Notes: a model not told the origin generated them from the letters alone. A DNA stretch of 32,000 nucleotides from Mucisphaera calidilacus (GCF_007748075.1 NZ_CP036280.1:330001-362000), one strand, 5' to 3'; positions 1-9,219 are shown, numbered from the stretch's first letter. Program-made: numbers and translations.

Positions 1-168
1 GCTCGCGACAACGCATTGCCCGATCCCGAGCGACACCGCGGGTCAGGCGACTTCCTCTTCGCTGATGGCCACGCAGCGTCCTATCAGCCCGAGGACATCA
101 CCGATAAATACATCCGCTGGGACAACGTAGACAGTGACATCGTGAATGGTGTCACCGGGCCCCAGTAA
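1..168 (+). CDS. C-terminal end of a DUF1559 / H-X9-DG pseudopilin-like protein (5' part lies outside the window)
   Basis: Frame 1 is open from base 1 to TAA at 166-168 and reads ...ERHRGSGDFLFADGHAASYQPEDI.... His + 9 residues + DG-H matches the C-terminal signature of the four complete prepilin-type genes here. It is absent from the ORF track because it has no start codon. Confidence 0.6.
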   Translation, partial: ARDNALPDPERHRGSGDFLFADGHAASYQPEDITDKYIRWDNVDSDIVNGVTGPQ

Positions 169-185
169 CCGCTTAATCACCCACC

Positions 186-1328
186 ATGAATACGCCCCAG
201 GGCAAAGCCAACCACTCGAGCACCGCGATCCATAATCGCCGGCTCACCATCCAGCTCCTCCGGGAGTACGGGCAGCTGTCCCGCAGGCAACTCGGTGAAC
301 TCACCGGCCTACGCAGCTCGACCCTCACCTACATCATGCGCGACCTCCTTGAACACGAGGTCGTGCGCACCGTCGGCAAACGCGCTTCCAAGTCCGTCGG
401 AAAGAAACAGGTCCTCCTCGAAATCAACCCCCACGTCGGTTGGTCCGTCGGTATCGGCGTCGATACCGAAGCCCTCCTCGTCGTCGTCATGGACGCAGCC
501 GGTGATGTCACCTCCAAAGACCGCATCACCTGCGACACCCGCGCCGATAGGGTCGAAGACCGCCTCGCCGAGCTTGTCCAGAGCCTCTGCAATAACGATC
601 GACCCGCCGACCGACTCCTGGGGGTCGGCCTGGGTATCCCCGGTGTCGTAAACCCCGACGAAGGGCTCATCCTCCAGTCCACCATGCTCAGGCGCAAGAT
701 GTTCCCCATCGGCAGCCTCCTCGCCGCCCGGATCGACGCACCCGTGCACGTCGACAACGATGTCAACTGCGCCGCCATCGCCGAAGCACGCGACGGCCAC
801 GGCACCGACCTCAACAGCTTCGTCTTCTTTATCATCAATGCCATCGAGAGTGGCGACCGCTTCGCGCTCGCGGGTGTCGGTTCCGCCCTCTACCTCGCCG
901 GCAAGATGTACCGCGGAAGGCACTTCGCCTCCGGCGAGATCGATGCGCTGCTCGACAACGACCCGCTCGAACGTGTGACCGCCGGCCAACTCCTCCAGCT
1001 CGCCGATCACGCCGCTCCTCTCACCCCCGAACTCGAGGCCATCGCAGCCCGGCTCGCACGCACCATGGCCATCGTTGTCGACCTCATCGACCCCCAGGCA
1101 CTCATCATCGGTGGCAACGTTGACCTCGCCAACCAGGCCGTCATCCAACGCATCGCCGAGTCCATCAACACCGACATCATCCCGATCCAAGGCCGACAGA
1201 TCGTGGTCCGCGGATCACGCTACACCACCCACGGCGTGCCCGTTGGCGCATCGTGTCGTGTCCTCGACGCCGTCATGCTCGGCATCGGCCATCACATGCC
1301 CAGCGACCGCTTGTTCATGCCACGCTAG
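186..1328 (+). CDS. ROK-family transcriptional regulator (NagC/Mlc/XylR-like) with N-terminal winged-helix
   Basis: ATG at 186. The N-terminus RRLTIQLLREYGQLSRRQLGELTGLRSSTLTYIMRDLLEHEVV is a typical ROK-repressor HTH. It is followed by sugar-kinase-fold motifs (GIGVD, LGVGLGIPGVV, DNDVNCAAIAEA). No CxCGxxGC zinc motif is visible. Confidence 0.75.
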   Translation: MNTPQGKANHSSTAIHNRRLTIQLLREYGQLSRRQLGELTGLRSSTLTYIMRDLLEHEVVRTVGKRASKSVGKKQVLLEINPHVGWSVGIGVDTEALLVVVMDAAGDVTSKDRITCDTRADRVEDRLAELVQSLCNNDRPADRLLGVGLGIPGVVNPDEGLILQSTMLRRKMFPIGSLLAARIDAPVHVDNDVNCAAIAEARDGHGTDLNSFVFFIINAIESGDRFALAGVGSALYLAGKMYRGRHFASGEIDALLDNDPLERVTAGQLLQLADHAAPLTPELEAIAARLARTMAIVVDLIDPQALIIGGNVDLANQAVIQRIAESINTDIIPIQGRQIVVRGSRYTTHGVPVGASCRVLDAVMLGIGHHMPSDRLFMPR

Positions 1329-1348
1329 GGCATCGTCGAGGAATCCCG

Positions 1349-4078
1349 ATGAAACCAACGATGCCGTCAGCCACGCAGAAAGCCGAGACGCCGACAGCGT
1401 TCAACGCGCCTCAGTCAGAGCGCCTCGCACACGATGCGCTCGTCAACGAAGCCCGACGATTCATCGCCGTCGCGCACCGCATCGAACACGACGACGACTA
1501 CGCCAACGAGCAACGATTCCACAACGCCACCTATCGCGTCGATGACACCCACGTCATCGAGTTTACGCGCGAGCGTGGCGACAGTCGATACGCACTCGGC
1601 CGTGAAGGCTTCAACCTCTGGCTGTACGCCTCGGGACAGATCCACGCCAACAAAGGCCTCTTCTCGTACTTCCTCAAACCCTCCGAAGGCGGCGAACCCT
1701 CCGCAGCCTGCTTCCTCGGTCTGCTCGATCAACAGGGCTCAACCGAACAGACCGTCCGCCTGCTCCCGCTCGAGCCCGAAGCCGGCCCACAGGCCCAACA
1801 GTTCGCCGTGCTCGGGCCCGAAGCCGCTTGGTACATCACACGCTTCGCCGGACTCGCCGCCGCTGTCCGCGTGTCACTCTCGGCCGATGAACAGATGCGC
1901 TGGAGCACCGCACTCTGGAACGACGCCGGTGCCGACCGCCAGGTCATCCTGTCGACCTACCTCAACCCCTTCCTCCGCCACGGCATACACCCCAGCTCAG
2001 AAGATGTCTGGTTCCGCCGCGGCGATATCATGACCGCCGACGATGGCAGCCGTAACGTGATCATCCGCGTCAACGAAGACATCGATCGCGAAAACTCAGT
2101 CGTCAACCACGGCGTCATTGGCCGATCCCTCCACACCCACGAGGGTGCTGAACTCCTCAGCGAAGCGATCACCACCTCACGAACCAATTACATCGGAGGT
2201 TCTCGGCACACCGCGCACGCCCCCAGGTCCGTACGCAACGGCACGATGAACAGGACCGCATCAGTCACCGAACTCACGGACACCGCCGTCTCCGCCGACC
2301 TGCTCAGGATCCACCTGCCTGCCAGCAGCCTGCTCCGCCAAGAAACCACACTCACCGTCACGCATAACGATCCCCACCACGGCCACTGGCTCAAGCAACA
2401 AGACCGACCCGATGAGGCCGACCGTCGACTCGAACGATTTCGAGCAGACGAAGCTGCACGCCACAACGCCCTCAGCCTGAGAACCATCGGCCTCGAGGCA
2501 TCCGCTAGCGACGCCGTCTTCGGGTCATTCTTCGAGCACCTGAAGCGACAGGTTGATGTCTGCGCCGAGATCCGCGGGTACATGCAGGCCAGCGCCAGCT
2601 CGCTCATCGGCGTGCGTGATGTCTGCCAGGCTATCGAAGCTCAACTCCTCTGGCGGCCCGCCGCCGCGCGAAACAAGCTCCTCGAGGTCTTGGCCTACAC
2701 CGGCCCCGATGGCCGATGCCTACGTCAATACGCGCTGCCAGACAAAGCCGGCCGCCCCGGCCGCGTCGACAGCAGACCCTTCATCGACCAGGGCGTCTGG
2801 GTCATCGCCACCCTAGCCACCTACCTTCGTGCCACCGGCGACCACCCGATGCTCAGTGAACTCGTCGGTTACCACCAACTCGTCGAGACCGACCCGCCCC
2901 ACGCCGTCAAGACCGACGCCGTCGACACAGTCCTCGATCACCTCATCCGAATCGCCGACTACCTCCTCGACCATCGTGACCCCAGCACCGGCTGTCTCCG
3001 CGCGATGTACGGCGACTGGAACGATGCAATCGACGGACTCGGTCTCACCGACGAACCCGGCCAGACCTACGGCAACGGCGTCAGCGTCATGGCCACCCTC
3101 CAGCTCTACCAGAACTGCCTTGAAATGGACGAGCTTCTCGCCAGCAGCGATCACCCGCTTCGCGAGCAGCACCGCGCACGCTACCGCCAGGCCGCCGAAC
3201 ATCTCGCCACCGCGCTCCAGCAGCACGCGATCGCCGCCACCGACACCCATACCCGGAGAATCCTCCACGGATGGGGACACAACCAGGAATACGAGATAGG
3301 CGGCTACCGGGACCTCGACGGCAAAGCCCGCGACGGGCTCGCGGCCAACGCGATGTGGGTTCTCTCTGGCATGGCACAACGAGATCCTCAATACAACCAG
3401 GACATCCTCGAAGCGTTCCAGCGACTTGATGGGCCCTTCGGCCTCAAGACCTTCGCGCCCGGCTTCGGCAGAGATACACGACGGGCCGGACGCATCGGCA
3501 ACCTCCCTCTCGGTACCGCCGAGAACGGAGCCTGCTACGTCCACGCCACCGCCTTCGGCATTATGGCCCTCTTCCGGCTCGGCCAGCCCGACCGAGCGTG
3601 GGAACAGCTGCTCAAGATCCTCCCCTTCGCGATGCCGCAGAGACACGTCTCCCACTCACCCTTCATCATGCCCAACTCTTACAGCCTCATCGATGAGGCC
3701 GGTGCCTTCGGCGAGAGCATGAACGACTGGCAGACGGGCAGCTCCAATGTCGTCCTCAAAACCCTGATCCACGACGCAGCCGGCATTCAACCCACCCAGG
3801 AGGGCATCTGGGTCAACCCGGCAACATGGGCACCCTGTGCCGAGATACATCTCCGCCTCACGCTCCGTGGTCGCCCTATTGAACTCATCTGGCAGCGGGA
3901 GGCAGCCCAAGCACGAACCTTTATCGTCAACGGCGACGTCAAGACCGGCCAGACACACCCCCACAGCGGCGTTGCCCGGCTGAGACTCACCTACGACCAG
4001 CTCAAGACCACCGCCAACACCATCACCGTTCTCGATCAGGCTCCGGCTGAGCACACATGCGTGCCTCAAAATTATTAG
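1349..4078 (+). CDS. GH94-like glycoside phosphorylase/hydrolase with an (alpha/alpha)6 barrel (cellobiose/chitobiose/beta-glucan phosphorylase superfamily)
   Basis: ATG at 1349 is preceded by GAGGAA. The GTG-1253 extension in the track overlaps the ROK 3' end. Motifs seen: YGDWNDAIDGLG (GH94-type catalytic Asp loop), ENGACYVHATAF and QTGSSNVV. No signal peptide, so the protein is predicted cytoplasmic. Confidence 0.7.
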   Translation: MKPTMPSATQKAETPTAFNAPQSERLAHDALVNEARRFIAVAHRIEHDDDYANEQRFHNATYRVDDTHVIEFTRERGDSRYALGREGFNLWLYASGQIHANKGLFSYFLKPSEGGEPSAACFLGLLDQQGSTEQTVRLLPLEPEAGPQAQQFAVLGPEAAWYITRFAGLAAAVRVSLSADEQMRWSTALWNDAGADRQVILSTYLNPFLRHGIHPSSEDVWFRRGDIMTADDGSRNVIIRVNEDIDRENSVVNHGVIGRSLHTHEGAELLSEAITTSRTNYIGGSRHTAHAPRSVRNGTMNRTASVTELTDTAVSADLLRIHLPASSLLRQETTLTVTHNDPHHGHWLKQQDRPDEADRRLERFRADEAARHNALSLRTIGLEASASDAVFGSFFEHLKRQVDVCAEIRGYMQASASSLIGVRDVCQAIEAQLLWRPAAARNKLLEVLAYTGPDGRCLRQYALPDKAGRPGRVDSRPFIDQGVWVIATLATYLRATGDHPMLSELVGYHQLVETDPPHAVKTDAVDTVLDHLIRIADYLLDHRDPSTGCLRAMYGDWNDAIDGLGLTDEPGQTYGNGVSVMATLQLYQNCLEMDELLASSDHPLREQHRARYRQAAEHLATALQQHAIAATDTHTRRILHGWGHNQEYEIGGYRDLDGKARDGLAANAMWVLSGMAQRDPQYNQDILEAFQRLDGPFGLKTFAPGFGRDTRRAGRIGNLPLGTAENGACYVHATAFGIMALFRLGQPDRAWEQLLKILPFAMPQRHVSHSPFIMPNSYSLIDEAGAFGESMNDWQTGSSNVVLKTLIHDAAGIQPTQEGIWVNPATWAPCAEIHLRLTLRGRPIELIWQREAAQARTFIVNGDVKTGQTHPHSGVARLRLTYDQLKTTANTITVLDQAPAEHTCVPQNY

Positions 4079-4243
4079 CTCATTCACAAAGAAAATAGTT
4101 GCGGAACCGCCGGTTCTGCGGCAAAATAAAAGGCAGTGAGCGTTGTCGCTGGCCTGCGAGAACAACACTGATGAGCTGTTGACTCATTTCATGAAGTATC
4201 AAAACGAATCACTATCCACCAACACGCTGAGGAGGCGAGACCG

Positions 4244-4855
4244 ATGAGTACCCATGAAACTAATAACCAGCAAAGATTAATGGTTTATCTGGCCGCGGCC
4301 GGGCTGGGCGCCTTTGCCTATGGGCAGGACGTCTCCGCCGGCATCATCTACACGCCTGTACAGCCCGCTGTCACTCTCGTTCAATACCCCGGCTCACCAT
4401 CTGCCTTCAACATTGACTTTGACAATGACGGCACCCCCGAAGGCGCCATCATCAACTCCAGCGTCAACATGCAGGCACGCTTCTTCCCGCCCGGGCGCAC
4501 ACTGGCCGGCAGCGGAAGCTACTACGCCACCTCCTTCGCGCCCGGTGCCGTTATCGACGCCACCGCCGACACGACCGGCGGCGCAAACCTGATGACCAAT
4601 CCAAACTACAACGCCAACTTTGTCGGACAGGGCAATTACATCGGTTACCGCTTCGAGATCGACGGCAACACCCACTACGGCTGGGTCCAGGTCGATGTCA
4701 CAGATAACCTGATCAACGCCATCATCACCGGGTATGCCTACGAGTCCACACCGGACACCGGCATCGTCGCCGGAGCCATCCCCGAGCCCACGTCACTCGC
4801 ACTGCTCGCAGCCGGTGCCGGTGCGCTCGGCCTACGCCGCGGCAACGCAGCCTGA
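4244..4855 (+). CDS. Secreted PEP-CTERM sorting-domain protein, function unknown
   Basis: GAGGAGG lies upstream of the ATG. There is an N-terminal signal-like segment (LMVYLAAAGLGAFAYG). The C-terminus is IPEPTSLALLAAGAGALGLRRGNAA, i.e. PEP motif, hydrophobic helix and basic tail. It is a paralog of the next gene. Confidence 0.8.
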   Translation: MSTHETNNQQRLMVYLAAAGLGAFAYGQDVSAGIIYTPVQPAVTLVQYPGSPSAFNIDFDNDGTPEGAIINSSVNMQARFFPPGRTLAGSGSYYATSFAPGAVIDATADTTGGANLMTNPNYNANFVGQGNYIGYRFEIDGNTHYGWVQVDVTDNLINAIITGYAYESTPDTGIVAGAIPEPTSLALLAAGAGALGLRRGNAA

Positions 4856-4943
4856 CACAAAACCATTCCCTTCGCCGGTCATAATCAGATCGGCGAAGGA
4901 TTTCCCATACGAACCTCTGGATCCACAAGGCGGAGCAAACACG

Positions 4944-6089
4944 ATGAACGCAGACACCAGCAAGAGAATCCTCGGCTACACCACCGCCGCCACCGTCGGC
5001 GCTTTCGGCGCCGGCCAGACCGCCACGGCCGCCGTGATCTACACCGACCTTGTCCCCGACATCACCGTCGGTGCGGTCCCCGGCACAGACGAAACCTTCG
5101 CCATCGACTTCAACGGTGACGGCGTCGACGACGCCCTCGCCCTTCGCGTCATCATCAATAGTTTCTCCAACAACGTGCAGTTCCGAGCTTTCGGCTACGA
5201 CCGCATCGATGACCCCGACGCTCCCGACATCCTCCCATCCGACATCCCCGGCGAGTGGGTCGAGCAGAACTGGGTCTTCTCCAATGGACCCGCCGACAAA
5301 GGGCCCAACGTTACCTATTACGCACGCTCGTTCCCCGCTGGAACCACCATCGACGACACCCTGAACCGAACCGGCTTCAAAGACCCCAAGCCGCCCACAG
5401 GCGGCTACGGCATCGCCGCTCGTGCCCTCTTCGGCAACCCCTATAACTTCATCAACACCGGCGGCTTCCTTGGCTTTCAGTTCGAGATCCCAGATGACCC
5501 CATCGCCGCCCTCGATGAGGATGGCATCGGCCAGGACCTGGCCGTCGGCGGCAGCACCACCCACTTCGCATGGCTTGAAGTCGACATCGTCTTCGACGAG
5601 AACACCGAGCCTCAAATCATCCTCAAGAGTTGGGCGTACGAGTCCACACCCGATACCGCCCTCGTTGCCGGCGAGATCCCCGTGGGTGTCCCCGGCGACT
5701 TTAACGGCGACTCCGTCGTCGACGCCGCCGACATCGATATCCTCCTCACCGACCTGGGGGACCCTGCACTCGACCTCGACGGCGACTCCGATTCCGATCA
5801 GGACGACGTCGCCTTCCTCCTCGGCGACATCCTCGGCACCGCCGCGGGTGACGCCAACCTCGATCAGGCCGTCGACCTCCTGGATCTCAGTGCCCTCGCC
5901 GCCAACTTCAACGTCTCAGGCGTCGGCTGGGCATCGGGCAACTTCAACGGCGACGCCATCGTCAACCTTCTCGACCTCAGCACCCTCGCCGACAACTTCG
6001 GTTTCAGCGCACCCGCCATCCCCGAGCCCACCTCCCTCGCACTCCTCGCCGCAGGGGCCGGGGCTCTCGGCACACGCCGGCGACGCTAA
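4944..6089 (+). CDS. Secreted PEP-CTERM protein with dockerin-type repeats; paralog of the 4244-4855 gene
   Basis: The start is taken at ATG 4944 (MNADTSKRILGYTTAATVGAFGAGQ). The track start at 4734 overlaps the previous gene. Shared blocks are AAVIYTD, THFAWLEVDI and SWAYESTPDTALVAGEIP. These are followed by GDFNGDSVVDAADIDILL, GDANLDQAVDLLDLSALAANF and GNFNGDAIVNLLDLSTLADNFG, and finally IPEPTSLALLAAGAGALGTRRRR. Confidence 0.8.
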   Translation: MNADTSKRILGYTTAATVGAFGAGQTATAAVIYTDLVPDITVGAVPGTDETFAIDFNGDGVDDALALRVIINSFSNNVQFRAFGYDRIDDPDAPDILPSDIPGEWVEQNWVFSNGPADKGPNVTYYARSFPAGTTIDDTLNRTGFKDPKPPTGGYGIAARALFGNPYNFINTGGFLGFQFEIPDDPIAALDEDGIGQDLAVGGSTTHFAWLEVDIVFDENTEPQIILKSWAYESTPDTALVAGEIPVGVPGDFNGDSVVDAADIDILLTDLGDPALDLDGDSDSDQDDVAFLLGDILGTAAGDANLDQAVDLLDLSALAANFNVSGVGWASGNFNGDAIVNLLDLSTLADNFGFSAPAIPEPTSLALLAAGAGALGTRRRR

Positions 6090-6121
6090 CCCGCTGACTG
6101 TTCGGCCTCAGCCAGCCAGCG

Positions 6122-8140
6122 ATGGGATGCATCCGTATGCGTGAGACGCCTGCGACGAGAAAGAGGGTCTTGCTGATCGGCTGGGACGCCGCCGACTGGC
6201 AGATGATCGACCCGCTGCTCCAAGCAGGCGCGATGCCGAACCTTGAGGCATTGATCGGCCGAGGTGTCCGCGGCAACCTCGCCACCATACGACCCATCCT
6301 CTCGCCGATGCTCTGGACCTCCATCGCCACAGGCAAACGTGCCGACAAACACGGCATCTGCGGATTCACCGAACCCAAGCCCGACGGCACAGGCATCCGG
6401 CCCGTCACGAGCACCAGCCGCGCCACCAAAGCCGTCTGGAACATCCTCAGCCAGAAGGGCTATACCAGTGCCGTCTGCTCATGGTTCGCCTCTCACCCCG
6501 CAGAGCCCATCAAGGGCTCCGTCGTCACCGACCAGTTCGCACGCCTGCTTGCCGTCCTCGACCACGATATCGACCCCGGACCAGGGACCTTTCATCCCCC
6601 CGAACTCGCCGAGCAACTCAACCCCTACCGCGTCGACCCCCGGATGCTCGACGCCCAAACGCTCCTGCCCTTCGTCCCCGCTGCCGCCGAGATCGAGCAG
6701 GAGCAGGACGGCCGACTGATGACCCTGGCGCACCTCATCGCCAAGGCTTCCACCATCCACGCTGCCGGCTGCCACCAACTCCGAGAAACCGACTGGGACT
6801 TCGCCGCGATCTACTACGACGCCATCGATCACTTCGGGCACCAGTTCATGCCCTACCACCCGCCCGCCGTCTCGGGCATCAGTGAACGCGACGCCCGGAT
6901 CTACGGCCCCGTAATGGAAGGCTGCTACCGCTTCCACGACATGATGCTCGGGGCCCTCACCAAGCTCGCGGGTCCCGATACCGACATCCTCCTGATCAGC
7001 GACCACGGCTTCTTCAACGATCAGGCACGACTCGGCACCGACGCAACCGAAGACCCCGAACATTGGCATCGACCCTTCGGCGTTGTCGTAGCCGCAGGAC
7101 CCAGCTTCAAGCAGAACGAAACGCTCTACGGCGCCACCATCCTCGACGTCACCCCCACCATCCTCTCGATCTTCGACCTACCGCTCGGGGCCGACATGGA
7201 CGGCCGCCCCTGGATCGAAATCTTCAACGAACCCGTCACACCCGATCGCGTCTTTAGCTGGGACAAGATCGAAGGCGAGTCCGGGTACCACCCCCCCAAC
7301 GCCGAAGAAGACGACCCCGTCGCCAGCGCCGAAGCCGTCGCCCAGCTCGTGGCCCTCGGCTACATCGATGACCCGGGCGAGGACGTCACCACCGCCGTTC
7401 GCAACACAACCCGAGACCTCCTGACCAACCGTGCCTCCGCGCTCGCCGACAGCCGACGAGCCTCGCTGGCCATCCCGATCTGGCAGAAGCTCATCGAAGA
7501 CAACCCTGACGAAGACGCCTTCCGGCTGCAACTCGCACGCACCGCCCTCGTCGTCGGACAACTCGACCTCTGCACCCAGCAACTCGAGGCACTCAAACCA
7601 GAGCACGCCGACACGCCCACCATCCTCCTGCTCGAAGCCGAAGTCCTCCTCCTCAGACGACAACCCGAAAAGGCGCTCGAAAAAGTCCACCAGGCCAACA
7701 AAGCAGAACCCGAATCCGTCCGCATCCTCAACGCACTCGGGCGGATCTACCTCAGAACCAACCAGCACCAGCAAGCCCTCGAAGCCTTCGAACACAGCCT
7801 CGCACTCGAACCCGAAAGCCCCGTCGTCCACAACGGACTCGCTCAGGCCTACAACAACCTCCAACAGCACCAACAGGCCGTCGAACACGCCCTGCAGTCG
7901 ATCGGCTACGCACACCAGTACCCCGCCGCTCACCTCAACCTCGGCATCGCTCTCGCACAATCCGGACGGGAAGACGCCGCCATCCAGGCCCTCGAAGTCT
8001 GCCTCGGCATGTCCCCGCAGAACAGGATCGCACACCAATGGCTCGCTAAGCTCTACGCACGGGACAACCGCAACCAAGACAAGGCACGAGAGCACGACCT
8101 CATGGGACAAACCGTCCTCACACGTGGAAACATCCAATGA
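6122..8140 (+). CDS. Alkaline-phosphatase-superfamily (type I phosphodiesterase/nucleotide pyrophosphatase-like) domain fused to C-terminal TPR repeats
   Basis: N-terminal half: KRVLLIGWDAADWQ, LSPMLWTSIATGKRADKHGI, YYDAIDHFGHQF and LLISDHGF (metal-ligand-like motifs). C-terminal half: repeated 34-aa TPR-like units (ALNALGRIYLRTNQHQQALEAFEHSLALEPESP...). No signal peptide. An alternative ATG lies at 6137. The stop overlaps the next start (ATGA). Confidence 0.65.
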   Translation: MGCIRMRETPATRKRVLLIGWDAADWQMIDPLLQAGAMPNLEALIGRGVRGNLATIRPILSPMLWTSIATGKRADKHGICGFTEPKPDGTGIRPVTSTSRATKAVWNILSQKGYTSAVCSWFASHPAEPIKGSVVTDQFARLLAVLDHDIDPGPGTFHPPELAEQLNPYRVDPRMLDAQTLLPFVPAAAEIEQEQDGRLMTLAHLIAKASTIHAAGCHQLRETDWDFAAIYYDAIDHFGHQFMPYHPPAVSGISERDARIYGPVMEGCYRFHDMMLGALTKLAGPDTDILLISDHGFFNDQARLGTDATEDPEHWHRPFGVVVAAGPSFKQNETLYGATILDVTPTILSIFDLPLGADMDGRPWIEIFNEPVTPDRVFSWDKIEGESGYHPPNAEEDDPVASAEAVAQLVALGYIDDPGEDVTTAVRNTTRDLLTNRASALADSRRASLAIPIWQKLIEDNPDEDAFRLQLARTALVVGQLDLCTQQLEALKPEHADTPTILLLEAEVLLLRRQPEKALEKVHQANKAEPESVRILNALGRIYLRTNQHQQALEAFEHSLALEPESPVVHNGLAQAYNNLQQHQQAVEHALQSIGYAHQYPAAHLNLGIALAQSGREDAAIQALEVCLGMSPQNRIAHQWLAKLYARDNRNQDKAREHDLMGQTVLTRGNIQ

Positions 8141-9219
8141 CACACGGCTACGAACGCCCCACCGCCGGCCTCATACTCGCCGCCGCAATCACGCTCGGCA
8201 CCCCTCCGGCTCAGGCTGCGCAAACCATCGTCGACGGCTTCAACGGCAGCAGCATCAACGCCGGGATCTGGGAAGTCCGGCTCGCACAATGGGGCGGACC
8301 AGGACGCAACGGCGGGGTCATCCCGGAGAACGTCTCCATCGCCGACGGCATCGTGTCCATCGATGGCAACGGTGATCTCTATACCGGACCCAAACGCGGA
8401 TGGAATGCCAACGGCTATCGCGAAGACCACGGCCGGCGATCCGGCGGCGCCATCCGCACCCGTGAACCCCAGGGACCCGGTCGCTTCGAGGTCCGCATGA
8501 AGCCCGTCTTCGAAGACGGCGTCACCACTGCCATGTGGACCTTCTTCTACAACTTCAACGGCGGCGACGTCATCAACCACGAGATCGACATCGAACTCCT
8601 TAATCGCCAGTCACCCTCACCCACCGGATTCCGCTCCGACTACACCACCATGAACACCTGGCTCGGCGAGAGCTCCTCGCAAGCCAACCTGCAACGCGTC
8701 AGCATCATCGACGAACAAGGCGACCCCGCCCCTCAAGACCTCGACGAGTTCCACACCTACCGCTTTGACTGGTTCGCCGGTGAGGGCGTCACCTACCCGC
8801 GCGTCGAGTTCTACGTAGATGGCGTCCACCACTACACCAGCCGCGAGTTCGTCCCCACCATCCCCGGACAATTCACCGTCGGCCTCTGGTTCCCCTTCAA
8901 CTGGGCAGGACAGCCCGACTTCGTCACACGCACCCTCGAGATCGACCGTGTCGCCATCACCCCACTCGCCAACATCATCCCGGGCGACGCCAACGCCGAC
9001 GGCAACGTCAACCTCACCGACCTCTCTCTCCTAGCCACCAACTTCGGATCCACCGAGGCCGCCTGGTCGCTGGGTGACTTCTCAGGCGATGGCAACGTCG
9101 ACCTCGTCGACCTCTCGTTCTTCGCCAGTAACTTCGGACATTCAGCCTCCACGCCCGAGCCGGTCACCTTCTCCCTCGCACTCCTCGGCCTGCTCGCCTC
9201 CACCCGGCAACGATCCTGA
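8137..9219 (+). CDS. GH16 beta-glucanase (laminarinase/licheninase-type) with dockerin-type repeats and a PEP-CTERM anchor
   Basis: Signal peptide LILAAAITLGTPPAQAAQ. GH16 catalytic motif NHEIDIELL (E-x-D-x-E). Dockerin-type repeats GDANADGNVNLTDLSLLATNFG and GDFSGDGNVDLVDLSFFASNFG. C-terminus TPEPVTFSLALLGLLASTRQRS. Confidence 0.8.
   Translation: MTHGYERPTAGLILAAAITLGTPPAQAAQTIVDGFNGSSINAGIWEVRLAQWGGPGRNGGVIPENVSIADGIVSIDGNGDLYTGPKRGWNANGYREDHGRRSGGAIRTREPQGPGRFEVRMKPVFEDGVTTAMWTFFYNFNGGDVINHEIDIELLNRQSPSPTGFRSDYTTMNTWLGESSSQANLQRVSIIDEQGDPAPQDLDEFHTYRFDWFAGEGVTYPRVEFYVDGVHHYTSREFVPTIPGQFTVGLWFPFNWAGQPDFVTRTLEIDRVAITPLANIIPGDANADGNVNLTDLSLLATNFGSTEAAWSLGDFSGDGNVDLVDLSFFASNFGHSASTPEPVTFSLALLGLLASTRQRS

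Noticed and set aside
309-1190. Long antisense or alternate-frame ORFs opposite or overlapping every confident gene. Examples: 309-1190(-), 2813-3655(-), 4725-5615(-), 7178-8143(-), 7431-8375(+), 8053-8580(-), 16684-17346(-), 18518-19246(-), 20000-20692(-), 21570-22169(-), 27719-28315(-), 28376-29149(-), 29581-30132(-), 30642-31424(-), 31437-31853(-).
   Set aside because: They are fully embedded in ORFs with recognisable domains. They have low-complexity G/D/V/E/R- or S/T/P/R-rich compositions typical of stop-poor frames in high-GC DNA, and they carry no recognisable motifs.
1253-1348. 5' extensions of ORF-track entries (1253 for the GH94-like gene, 4734 for the second PEP-CTERM gene, 25932 for the 26013 gene, 13138 TTG and 18146 GTG).
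   Set aside because: The extensions overlap the preceding gene's coding end and encode R/P/S-rich non-signal sequence. Downstream in-frame ATGs have RBS-like purine tracts and yield proper signal peptides or N-termini.
4101-4119. The hairpin GCGGAAC-CGCCG-GTTCTGC after the GH94-like stop, considered as a terminator.
   Set aside because: The stem includes a G:T pair and is followed on the + strand by GGCAAAATAAAA rather than a T-tract. The T-rich flank lies on the opposite strand, where no gene converges. Whether transcription reads through into 4244 is left open.
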